From Vulcanimicrobiota bacterium (lineage in GTDB: Bacteria > Vulcanimicrobiota > Vulcanimicrobiia > Vulcanimicrobiales > Vulcanimicrobiaceae): 64,000 nucleotides of DNA. The notes under the pieces were generated by a model. It did no database searches. It saw nothing but the letters and a program-made list of their open reading frames with translations, and was not told the DNA's origin. A program made the position numbers and the translations under genes. Below, piece after piece: positions 54,081-62,660 of this stretch. The DNA is taken from NCBI GenBank assembly GCA_963748875.1, contig CAVVKC010000001.1, positions 1,767,010 to 1,831,009 of the forward strand, read 5' to 3'. The stretch's first letter is position 1; each line of letters begins with the position of its first letter.

Positions 54081-55598
54081 GAGGGTGCTCCTTGCGTTAG
54101 CGTGGCGAAGTGCAGAGCGTACGTCTCGATCTCGGGGATGATACGGTGCTCGCTCTTCAGTTTGAGTGGCGTTGCATGGTGGGAGAGGTAAGTGCGCAGG
54201 AACTTGAAGCTTCCGATGCCGGATTGCGCAGCGAACGCGCACGCTTGGTCGACGGCGGCGGCTTCGTAACGCCGCAACAGATCGAGCATCCCGTACAGCG
54301 CCCGAAGCGCAAGCGCGCCGCGTTCCTCGACGAGCCGTTGCGCAAAGGCTTGGCAGCCGGGGCCGGCTCCGGCAATGCGCGCAGCAAGTTGCTCAACTTT
54401 TACCGGCGTTTGCTTGGGAAGATACGCGTCGACGATGCGGCGCTGCCCTTTGCCGGTAACGGCATGTTCTCGCACCAGTTGCTGGGTTTTGGGGTCGATG
54501 ATTCGGATCCACAAGCGGCCGATGTGAACGACGACCCGGGTGCCAACGTAGTGCGGCGGCGCGTGGTAGTAGGCGCCATCGACTTCGATGAACCCATCGA
54601 AGTGCACAGTACGCTCGCCAATGCGGTAGTATTCGAAGCGACGCAATGGTAGCTGCTGCAGAAACGGCTTTTCCTCGTCGAACATCACCCGAACTTGCCG
54701 CTTGGTCGTGCCGTGGATGCGGTTCATCGCCCAACGCTCATCCCAGCGCTCGAGGTGCGCGTTCTGATCCTCGATGCTCTCGAAGCGTCGTCCTTTCAGA
54801 GCCGTCTCTTGTGTGTAGCCAATCTCGGATTCGACTTTGCCTTTGAGGTCGGGTGCATACGGCCGACACGGCAGCGCGATCACGCCGTAGTGCTCCAGCA
54901 TCTTGGCATAGAGCGGATTGAGCTGCGGATCGTAGACGTCGGGCTTCAGTACACCTTCTTTGAGATTATCAAAGCGAATCGTGTGCGGGACACCGCCGAA
55001 CCTCGTGAACGCCTCTTCGTGTAGCTTGCACCAGATCTCGCTTGACGAGTTCCACACAACTTTGCGAAAGGCGCGGCGGCTGTTGCTCAGCTTCATCACG
55101 AACAGGCGCGGGCGGCGGTATTTTCCGGTCTGCGGATGACGCGTCGGCGCGCCTTCGCCGTAGTCGACCTGCGCTTCTTGGCCTGGCTCGGTCTCGAATC
55201 GGCAGCTGATCTTCGGATCGCGTGGTCGTAGTTTGCCGACGAAGCGTTTGACCGCGTTGTAAGCCCCAGGGTAGCCATGGTGCTCGACGAGATCTTGGTA
55301 GATCGAAACGGCGTTACGGCCTTTGGCGGCCTCGGTTTCAATGAAGGGGCGATAAGGCTCGCAGGCGCTACGCGATCGCCGCGAGCCGGTGGGCACTCCG
55401 GGCGAGGTGGTACGATTTTGGATCGGTGGCCACTTTGGCGGGGGTGGTACATTTTGAAAGCTCGGTGGCCAGTTCGAGCGCGATGCGCCGAATCGTCGCC
55501 CGGTGGAAGCCGGTCTCCCGCGCGATCCGGCGTTCTCGCCATCCCAGGCGCAGCAGACCAATGATCGCTTGTCGCTCGTCCATGCTCAGTCGGTTCAT
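54077..55598 (-). pseudogene. istA: IS21 transposase IstA, split over two frames
   Basis: HTH part MNRLSMDERQAIIGLLRLGWRERRIARETGFHRATIRRIA lies in the frame of ORF 55368..55628. The rve core (QVDYGE..., FDNLKEGV...) lies in ORF 54077..55561. The frames are reconciled by removing one G from the G5 run at 55440-55444. Confidence 0.8.
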
Positions 55599-55740
55599 AA
55601 ACGGCGTCTTGCGACGCCGCCCTGGCATGCTCGGGCTGGATCAGCTTATCGGTGGTACATTTTCAAGGCCGAAAGTGGCCACCGACCCCTGGTACATTTT
55701 CAACCGGCCACCGGTGGTACATTTTGGGTGGCCACCGAGG

Positions 55741-55804
55741 GCGTCGAGATCCGAAATCCCCCCGAAAAGGAATCGGAGTTGAGCAGATCGGGTTGAGAGC
55801 TCAT
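55741..55804 (-). pseudogene. 5' part of the IS21-disrupted gene
   Basis: ATG at 55804. MSSQPDLLNSDSFSGGFRISTQ reads in frame into 53222 downward once the IS and one TSD copy are removed. Confidence 0.7.
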
Positions 55805-55825
55805 ATTATTCCATCGCGCGCCGTG

Positions 55826-55943
55826 GATCGAGAACTGTAACAACCGACATCCCTCTTCGAGCCTGAGTTATCGCTCGCCGGCTGCGTAGCGGGAGCGCGA
55901 TCAGGCGAGAATAACATCATTCAGTCTCTAGTTTGGCGGGGTC
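55826..55943 (+). mobile_element. IS3-family remnant: last codons of orfB plus right terminal repeat (copy C)
   Basis: WIENCNNRHPSSSLSYRSPAA* (55826-55891), then GGCGAGAATAACATCATTCAGTCTCTAGTTTGGCGGGGTCA (55903-55943). Confidence 0.65.
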
Positions 55944-56081
55944 ACATCATCTCGGCCATGCGTCTATGGAACGCGGCCGCCGACCGTAATGTTAGGCCCG
56001 CCACGCGTCCGATCGAAGCCGCGATCGAAGCTGCAACGAGTCCGGCGACGCGGGCACGTGTGAGACCGGCGAGACTAGAGG

Positions 56082-57281
56082 TTAGAACGCCCCGATGCCG
56101 TCGGGGGTGCCCCATCCCGTCGGGCCGGAATAGGTTCCGTACTCTCCGGTTCCGGCGGTGCAAAGATAGCTTCCGCCGCAGTCGCCGTCGCTACCCTCGC
56201 TGATGACGTGCAGGTACTTCTTACGTTGCTTCGTCGTTAGCGTCCAGAGCTTCTTGCCGGCGTGTTGCGAACTGGCGTTGCCGGCAAGGGCGTAGATCCC
56301 GGCGATCAGCGGCGTCGCAAGGCTGGTGCCGCCAACGGTGAACCAGCCGTTGTACGAGCCGCCGTAAGTGTCGTACTCCGCCACGTCCCAAGCGACGGCG
56401 GCGACGTCGTTTTGCGTCTTGGAGGTGCAGCCCGGATCGTGTTGCCACGAGGGCTTTGTGACGCCGCTCGCACAGCCGCCGCTGGTGTATTGCCAGACGA
56501 CTTCTTTATACTTCGGGCCCTGCTTCGAAAGATAGGTGCCCCCGACCGAAATGACGTTGGCGAAGCTTGCCGGCGCAAAGGAACCGTAGCGATCGTCGCC
56601 GGCGGAGGCCAAATAAACTACGCCCGGGCTGTCGAAGGCGTCAGTGTGCCAGGTGCAACCTATCGGGGAGCAGCCCCAGCTGTTGCTGACGATGTGCGCC
56701 CCGAGCGTTACCGCTTCCGTTTCGGCGATGTCAAGATCACTGCTGTAACTGGAGGTTGCCTCGATCAGGTCGATTGTGCAATTCGGACAGCTGGCGGAAA
56801 CCATCTCGACATCGGCATCAATCTCAAGGCACCAGTCGTCATTGCCGGTACAGCTCTGAGGGTAGTTGCTCGTTTTACCTTCTTGATTGTACTTAGTGAA
56901 GTTCGCCGCCGGCAGGCCGAAGTACGAACGATACTCTGCGAGATCCGAAGCGACGTTCGGATTGTCGTACGCGTCGACGATGGCGACGATCTGACCTGAG
57001 CCTTTCGACGAGGAAGGCAAATTGTACGCCGCCTGGAGGTCGGAAGGGCCCCATCCTGCTACGTTGGGCTGAACCCCCGATTTGACGATCAAAATGTCGC
57101 ACTGCGCCTCGCCCGGGCTGCGTTCCGGACAGGCCCGCCTGCCCGGGGCGCCGACCTCACGCTGCGGAACTGACCCGGCTCCCGCGCTGGGTTGCTCCGT
57201 CGTACCCTGCACGCCTCCGCCGCACGCGGCGAGCAGAACGCCAGATGCGACTCCTAGCAAAAAAAAGTGCAAATGTTTCAT
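56082..57281 (-). CDS. S53 (sedolisin/kumamolisin-like) serine peptidase lipoprotein
   Basis: Lipobox VLLAACGGG. GQIVAIVDAYD, WCLEIDADVEMVSASCPNCTI (E..xD), IVSNSWG, VGGTSLATPLIAGIYAL (catalytic Ser). No long pro-domain. Confidence 0.7.
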   Translation of the reverse strand: MKHLHFFLLGVASGVLLAACGGGVQGTTEQPSAGAGSVPQREVGAPGRRACPERSPGEAQCDILIVKSGVQPNVAGWGPSDLQAAYNLPSSSKGSGQIVAIVDAYDNPNVASDLAEYRSYFGLPAANFTKYNQEGKTSNYPQSCTGNDDWCLEIDADVEMVSASCPNCTIDLIEATSSYSSDLDIAETEAVTLGAHIVSNSWGCSPIGCTWHTDAFDSPGVVYLASAGDDRYGSFAPASFANVISVGGTYLSKQGPKYKEVVWQYTSGGCASGVTKPSWQHDPGCTSKTQNDVAAVAWDVAEYDTYGGSYNGWFTVGGTSLATPLIAGIYALAGNASSQHAGKKLWTLTTKQRKKYLHVISEGSDGDCGGSYLCTAGTGEYGTYSGPTGWGTPDGIGAF

Positions 57282-57293
57282 GGCGATTATTCC

Positions 57294-58319
57294 TTAGCGT
57301 AGTGTGACGAGAGCCGGCACGACTATTCCCCTGGTAATCGTCGGTGTGGTCTGTGTTCCATTGGCCGTGTAAGTAGTCACGGAGCCGAAGCCGCCCTTAC
57401 TACCGGGGCCTTGATAATTTGTGACGTAGATCTTACCATTCGCATCGACTGCAACGCCCTGGGCTTTTACTATCCCGGCCGTGATAGTCGGTGTGGTCTG
57501 CTTTCCATCTGGGGTGTAGGTGGTTACGGATCCGACGTTGCTAGGGCCGCCGAGATAATTCGCAACGTAAATTTTTCCGTTTGCGTCGACAGCGATGCCG
57601 CGGGGATTGTCCAACCCTGTGGCGATCGTCGGTGTGGTCTGCGTCCCATCCGGATTGTACGTCGTCACCGTATTGTTGTAGAGGTTCACGACGTAAATCT
57701 TACCGCTCGCGTCCACCGCCAGGCCGACGGGACCGGCTATGCCAGCGGTGATTGTTGGCGTGGTTTGCGTTCCATCGGATTTGTACGTCGTAACGGAGCC
57801 GTTGCCGCTGTACGTCGGAAAGGAAAGGGGCCGATCGACGTAGCCGCTGCTGAGGGGGCCTTCAAGATTCGAGACGTAAATCTTGCCGCGCTTGTTCACC
57901 AAAACATCGAGGGGAAAATCTATGCCCGCGGTTATTGTCGGTGTGGTCTGCTTTCCATCTGGCGTGTAGGTGGTCACGTTACCAGTAAAGTCATTAGGGA
58001 AAGTGTTTGCTACGTAGATTTTGCCGCTCTTGTCGACCCCCACGCCAAAGGGTCCGTTTATGTCAGCGGTGATGGTCAGGGCCAGCTTCCCCTTCGGGTT
58101 GTACGCCGTTACCTTGTCGCCACCCAAATTTGCGACGTAGATCGTGGATTTTGAGGACGTTGCGCCAAATGCCACTGTTGAGTCGACGACAGATTGCGGC
58201 GCAGCGATCTTCGGCGCGACAGACGTGGCCGTTGACGAGGACAAGCCGTTGTTGCCGCATGCCGCTAAGAGCGCCGCGATCAGGCACGCGCCGACGAGAT
58301 TCCCGGTGGAAGTGGGCAC
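57294..58319 (-). CDS. NHL-type beta-propeller lipoprotein with highly regular blades
   Basis: Lipobox IAALLAACGNN. Repeats SVTTYxPDGxQTTPTITAGIxxPxGxAVDAxGKIYVxN. Stop lies 12 nt upstream of the S53 peptidase start. Confidence 0.8.
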   Translation of the reverse strand: MPTSTGNLVGACLIAALLAACGNNGLSSSTATSVAPKIAAPQSVVDSTVAFGATSSKSTIYVANLGGDKVTAYNPKGKLALTITADINGPFGVGVDKSGKIYVANTFPNDFTGNVTTYTPDGKQTTPTITAGIDFPLDVLVNKRGKIYVSNLEGPLSSGYVDRPLSFPTYSGNGSVTTYKSDGTQTTPTITAGIAGPVGLAVDASGKIYVVNLYNNTVTTYNPDGTQTTPTIATGLDNPRGIAVDANGKIYVANYLGGPSNVGSVTTYTPDGKQTTPTITAGIVKAQGVAVDANGKIYVTNYQGPGSKGGFGSVTTYTANGTQTTPTITRGIVVPALVTLR

Positions 58320-58917
58320 GGGATGAACCTACCTTTCTGAAGGGCCGGCGGCCAGACGGTAAGGCACAAGAGGGCCGCGCCAGTGCGGCTCAGATTCTTA
58401 GACTGCTCTTGCCTGTTACTTTTGTCAACTACCGCCTGGTCTCTGGGCCCCAAATCCAGCCGAGCAGCTCGGCGTTATCGCTATGGGTTGGGCTATGAAT
58501 CCGCAATGGCGACACGAGTGCGAGCTAGGCGTCCCTTCCTCTATAAGCGCAACGCGTTGCCGAACGCAGCATTGCACGTGTAGAGCTTGAATCTAAGTGG
58601 CTGTGCATTAAGTGTTTGCGCAGCGGCTATCGTCATTACGACGATGTCCGCCGCTCTGCGACGAGCCAAAGCCGCGACGCGTAAGGTTAACCCAGCGGTG
58701 CGCCTTTTGTGCTGGCGTTGTCAATGAACGCATTGCTTGACGGCTCCAGCCCGGCGGGCCGGGCAAAGGAGCTGCCTCGCGGTGCAGTCTAGCTCCGGTG
58801 TTCCCGGCGCCGTTCTACGATGCGGGAGCGCGAGCTGCCGACCGTAATCCATGCTACCAAAAAACACTTCTGCCCGTGGGTCAGGAGCTAGATACCATCA
58901 ACCGCGACCTGAGCAAC

Positions 58918-58938
58918 GAGCCCGGCAAAGCGGGCTCG
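58918..58938 (-). terminator. hairpin downstream of the GloVer gene 58964..60196
   Basis: GAGCCCG-GCAAAG-CGGGCTC about 25 nt after the stop. Weak U-tract. Confidence 0.4.
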
Positions 58939-58963
58939 TGTGCGATGCTTCAGCGTAGCCGTT

Positions 58964-60196
58964 TCAGGGCGTGATCGAGAAGACGGTTCCACTGCCGTTC
59001 GCGCCCCCGTATTTGGTCGTGCCGTAGAGCGTGCTATTGACGTTGATTAGGCCGGCAAGCGAGTCTTCGCCGTCTCCCGAGCCGCCGAAGTTGTGGAGCA
59101 CGGTTTCCAGGCCGGACGTGGTGATCGCGAAGACCGTTCCGATGTTATTTGCGCCTCCTTTAGAGGTGGTGCCGTAGAGCGTGCCCTTAACGTTGATGAG
59201 GCCCGCATACGGCTCCGCTCCATCCCCCGAGCCACCTTTAAAGCTGTAGAGCACGGTTTCTGTGCCGGACGCGGTGAGCGAAAAGACCGTTCCTTTGTTG
59301 TTTGTGCCTCCTTGTAAGGTCGTGCCGTAGAACGTGCCCTTAACGTTAATGAGGCCCGCGAATGGGTATTTACCGCGCTTGCGAGATTTGAAGCTATGGA
59401 GCACGGTTTCCGTACCGGATGGCGTGATCGCGAAGACCGTTCCACAGCCTAGCTGTTTGTAACACTGGGTGCCGCCGCCTTGCTGGGTCGTGCCGTAGAG
59501 CGTGCCATTGACGTCGATCAACGCCGCCTCCGGGAATGCGCCGTCTCCCGAGCCACCTTTGAAGCGGTAGAGGAGGGTTTCCGTGCCGGACGGCGTGATC
59601 TTGAAGACGGTGCCGCATCCAGCGAACTGGGTGCACCCTATTCCCCCGGCTTCGGCGGTGCCGTAGAGCGTGCCGCTCACGTTGATGAGGCCTGCATACG
59701 GTTGTATTCCGTCTCCCGAGCCGAGGCCGAAGCTGTAGAGCACGGTTTCCTTGCCGGACGGCGTGATCGAGAAGACGGTTCCCTCGCTGTTTGCGCCCCC
59801 ATAATACGTCGTGCCGTAGAGCGTGCCCCTGACGTTGATGAGGCCCGCGGTCGGTTGTATTCCGTCTCCCGAGCCGTTTTTCGTTTTGAAGCTGTAGAAC
59901 ACGGTTTCCTTACCCGACGTGGTGATCGAAAAGACCGTTCCGCCGCCGTGTGCGCCCCCGCCAGCGGTCGTGCCGTAGAGCGTCCCCTTCACGTTGATGA
60001 GGCCCGCAAACGGGTCTGCTCCATCTCCCGAGCCGTTTTTGAAACTGTAGAGCACGCTGTACGCGGGACGCTCGTGCGTTTGCTCCGCCGAGACTCCGAC
60101 GGGCGATAGGCTCAGCGGCGTGCTGCTTCCGCCGCCACACGCGGCTAAAAGCGCCGCGCTAAGGGACGCGACGGCGAGCTTGTTGAGCTGTTTCAT
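58964..60196 (-). CDS. GloVer-type tandem-repeat lipoprotein
   Basis: Lipobox SAALLAACGGG. Eight very regular repeats (ETVLYSFKGGSGDGAEPYAGLINVKGTLYGTTSKGGANNIGTVFAIT), with a ~150-bp DNA periodicity. Confidence 0.9.
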   Translation of the reverse strand: MKQLNKLAVASLSAALLAACGGGSSTPLSLSPVGVSAEQTHERPAYSVLYSFKNGSGDGADPFAGLINVKGTLYGTTAGGGAHGGGTVFSITTSGKETVFYSFKTKNGSGDGIQPTAGLINVRGTLYGTTYYGGANSEGTVFSITPSGKETVLYSFGLGSGDGIQPYAGLINVSGTLYGTAEAGGIGCTQFAGCGTVFKITPSGTETLLYRFKGGSGDGAFPEAALIDVNGTLYGTTQQGGGTQCYKQLGCGTVFAITPSGTETVLHSFKSRKRGKYPFAGLINVKGTFYGTTLQGGTNNKGTVFSLTASGTETVLYSFKGGSGDGAEPYAGLINVKGTLYGTTSKGGANNIGTVFAITTSGLETVLHNFGGSGDGEDSLAGLINVNSTLYGTTKYGGANGSGTVFSITP

Positions 60197-60328
60197 AAAC
60201 GACCTTTTCGAGAAGTAGCAAATCGGCCGGGGGCGTAGGCATATTTCCCCCAGCTGATATAGTGTTTCGACGCCAGATTATCGATGCCTAGCCATGAGGA
60301 CAGGGGCGAGCGAACCTCTGCCGATGCG

Positions 60329-60921
60329 TTAATGCAAAGCTCGTAGTGTCTTCCAATGCCGCCGATGCGGGACGAGCTTCCCGCCGCGCACCTTCGACCC
60401 GTGCGAGAGACTCGCGCCCATCGCCTGAGCGATTACACGGACGGGCAGCCGTAGCAGCTTCGGAAGAATGTCACGCGGGAAATCGACGCCATCGAGCATC
60501 CATCGTCGCGCCACGAAGCTATGGCCTTGCGCTGGGCCCGGGCCGTTGCAACGCGGCGCTGAGCTTCGAGCGTCGTGGTTGGATTGTGGCCGGCGGCGCG
60601 CATCGCCGCGATCTTGGCCGGTCCGGCGGCCGCGAAGTTCGCAGCCGTTGCGCGCCGCGATTCTGCAAGCTGAGCAGAGAGGCATTGATCGCAGTACACG
60701 CGCTTTCGGATCGTGAGCTTGGCACCGCAGCCGCGACAGGCATTGGACGCCGCAGAAATCGACACCGATCGCAACGCCTTGGGTGTGACAGGCGCTGCGA
60801 GCGGCTTCACGCGCACGGAAATCCGAGCTCGGCTCTGCGAGGGCCTCGGGCCGATCGGCGCAGCGACGCCTAACCCAGCCTTTGCGCGGCGAGCCAACGT
60901 TTCGCACAATGCCCTCTGCAT
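60329..60921 (-). pseudogene. frameshifted hypothetical zinc-ribbon protein gene
   Basis: N-terminal part lies in the frame of ORF 60433..60921 (CRGCGAKLTIRKRVYCDQC). The conserved-looking C-terminal part DFPRDILPKLLRLPVRVIAQAMGASLSHGSKVRGGKLVPHRRHWKTL lies in the frame of ORF 60329..61021. Confidence 0.5.
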
Positions 60922-60944
60922 AAGGCGGCACCAATTTCGCCCAA

Positions 60945-61268
60945 TTGATTTTAGCCGTTGAGGCTGCGCATCGCGCTATCAGCGAAAGAGCCGCCGTGGA
61001 GTCGCCATTATCCACGAACAACTTGTGGATCGAGATATTATCAGCGGCGATTGCTAAACTTTCGCTTTCGCTCGAAGCTGTCGATCTCTATGCCAGGAAG
61101 ATTGACCTGCTTGTCTCACGCCGCAACGAAGTCGCGCATGGCAAGGGCATGGCGGTAACTAATTTAGAGAGTTATCTGGAATATGAGGACGCGGCTATGC
61201 TTGTTATGATGGAACTAGCGTTGAGATTATCAGAGCTTTTGCACAGCCGAGAGTATCTGCGCGTTTAG
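60945..61268 (+). CDS. HEPN-domain protein, probably a C-terminal fragment
   Basis: Rx4H motif RNEVAH in LLVSRRNEVAHGKG. 107 aa, alpha-helical-looking, in an AT-richer patch. Alternative start codon. Confidence 0.5.
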   Translation: MILAVEAAHRAISERAAVESPLSTNNLWIEILSAAIAKLSLSLEAVDLYARKIDLLVSRRNEVAHGKGMAVTNLESYLEYEDAAMLVMMELALRLSELLHSREYLRV

Positions 61269-61594
61269 AACGACCAACCCACGAGTCACTATGATGCTCT
61301 GGGTATAGGATGCCACTCACAGCCCCAGAACGGGCTCGCAGCCCAGGCGCCGGTAGAGGGGGCTTCGTTTCGAAAGGCCTTGGCTCAATGCGGTGCAGGG
61401 CTAGCGAATGTGCGTGGCACGCGAGAGGTGTATCGCCTCCCTTCTGTACACGAAATGAAACGGCCAAACCTCAAAGCGTCGCAGCGTAGCGGCGCACGTT
61501 TCGTTCTCTGTACCGAACGCAAATGCGATCTCTTCGTCAGTCGGTCGTGAACCTTCTAAATTGGTGTGCGTGAATCCACGGTAGATACCATTGC

Positions 61595-61987
61595 TCAAAA
61601 GGAGGCGCGTGCAGTTAGTAACGCGGTAGCTTCCTTCGCCTTTAGTATCGCTTGTACTGCGACCGCCACGAGCCCAGCACCGATCACCATAAAACTTACG
61701 CCAATGGCGTCCTCAATCGGCCGCGTACTTGCGACGCCGAAAAGTGCGGTCGAAGTGGCGAGCCACGCCGACGCATTCTGGGCTCCCGCGTACCGCTCGG
61801 ATATTACTTCAGTTACGCCTTGCTGCATTCGGTGCATCTCCGCACCAACCGGCGTTGCGGCAGGGTTGTGAACATTGACATTGTTTTCGCTTACGGTTTT
61901 GCTCAAACGCGCCGCGTGTGCTCCCGCGAAGCCGGACGAGACCGCTGTAGCAGCGGTGAGCATACCGTAGATTAGGCCAATATCCAC
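61595..61987 (-). CDS. hypothetical membrane protein
   Basis: 130 aa. N- and C-terminal hydrophobic segments. Lies immediately downstream of the recombinase pseudogene. Confidence 0.4.
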   Translation of the reverse strand: MDIGLIYGMLTAATAVSSGFAGAHAARLSKTVSENNVNVHNPAATPVGAEMHRMQQGVTEVISERYAGAQNASAWLATSTALFGVASTRPIEDAIGVSFMVIGAGLVAVAVQAILKAKEATALLTARASF

Positions 61988-62324
61988 GCATCGCTCCCGT
62001 AAGCTGCCTGGGGCAGGTCAACGGCTACTAACTCGACGCCCGCATTCATGAGGCGCGCGATAAATTCGACGTTGCGAGCGAGCCGATCGAGCTTCGCGAC
62101 ACAAGCAGCGCACGCGAGGATTTCGCTCGCGCGAGGGCGTCGCGCAAGCCCGGACGATCGCTGCGCCGGCCGCTCTCGATCTCCACAAACTCCTCGACCA
62201 CGCGGTAGCCGTGGTCGCGGCAGAAGGTCTCAACGGCGGCGCGTTGCCCCTCAATCCCCAATCCGCTCGCGCCTTGGCGCTGTGTTGAGACGCGCAAGTA
62301 GGTAATCGCATTCTTTCGCATCAT
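61975..62324 (-). pseudogene. serine recombinase (resolvase/invertase) N-terminal domain, frameshifted and truncated
   Basis: AITYLRVSTQRQGASGLGIEGQRAAVETFCRDHGYRVVEEFVEIESGRRSDRPGLRDALARAK. The expected VAKLDRLARNVEFIARLMNAGVELVAVDLPQA appears only after a frame shift near 62105. Stops after about 115 codons. Confidence 0.75.
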
Positions 62325-62344
62325 AAGCTAACGTTAAACGACCG

Positions 62345-62580
62345 TTGAAGGAAAGTGTACGGGCTCCTCCCGAGCGATCATCAATCAGAGCTCGCGTTCC
62401 CTTGGCGCGATTGATCGCGTCACGTAAGACTGGGCCGCGAGCTCTTACGGTCGCTCTCGATCTGGACGAATTGGTCGATCAAGTAATAGCCGTTTGGCCG
62501 GCAGTAGTGCTCGACGACAGCGCTTTGCGCGTCGATCCGTAGACCGCCCCCACTGTATCATTAGACCGACGTACCCTCTA
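62345..62580 (-). pseudogene. second serine-recombinase N-terminal remnant
   Basis: Minus-strand translation GLRIDAQSAVVEHYCRPNGYYLIDQFVQIESDRKSSRPSLT*, with an in-frame stop and no start. Confidence 0.55.
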
Positions 62581-62660
62581 GGTTAATGATACACGTGACG
62601 AACACGAACCACACGGCCGGCGATCGTAAATCCGGCAGAAATGAGGCCCCCTGCAGTAGG

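Larger units (their letters stand above)
53231..55740 (-). mobile_element. IS21-family insertion sequence (istA-istB), complete ends, 8-bp target site duplication
   Basis: Terminal inverted repeats are CCCCGGCGGCCACTTCAAACTGTACCA (53231-) and the reverse complement of ...TGGTACATTTTGGGTGGCCACCGAGG (-55740). Multiple subterminal repeats. Flanking direct repeats GCGTCGAG at 53223-53230 and 55741-55748. Confidence 0.9.

Noticed and set aside
61401-61598. 65-aa ORF with a TTG start downstream of 61595..61987.
   Set aside because: It has a weak start, no RBS and no recognisable family. I mention it only as part of the islet and do not annotate it as a feature.
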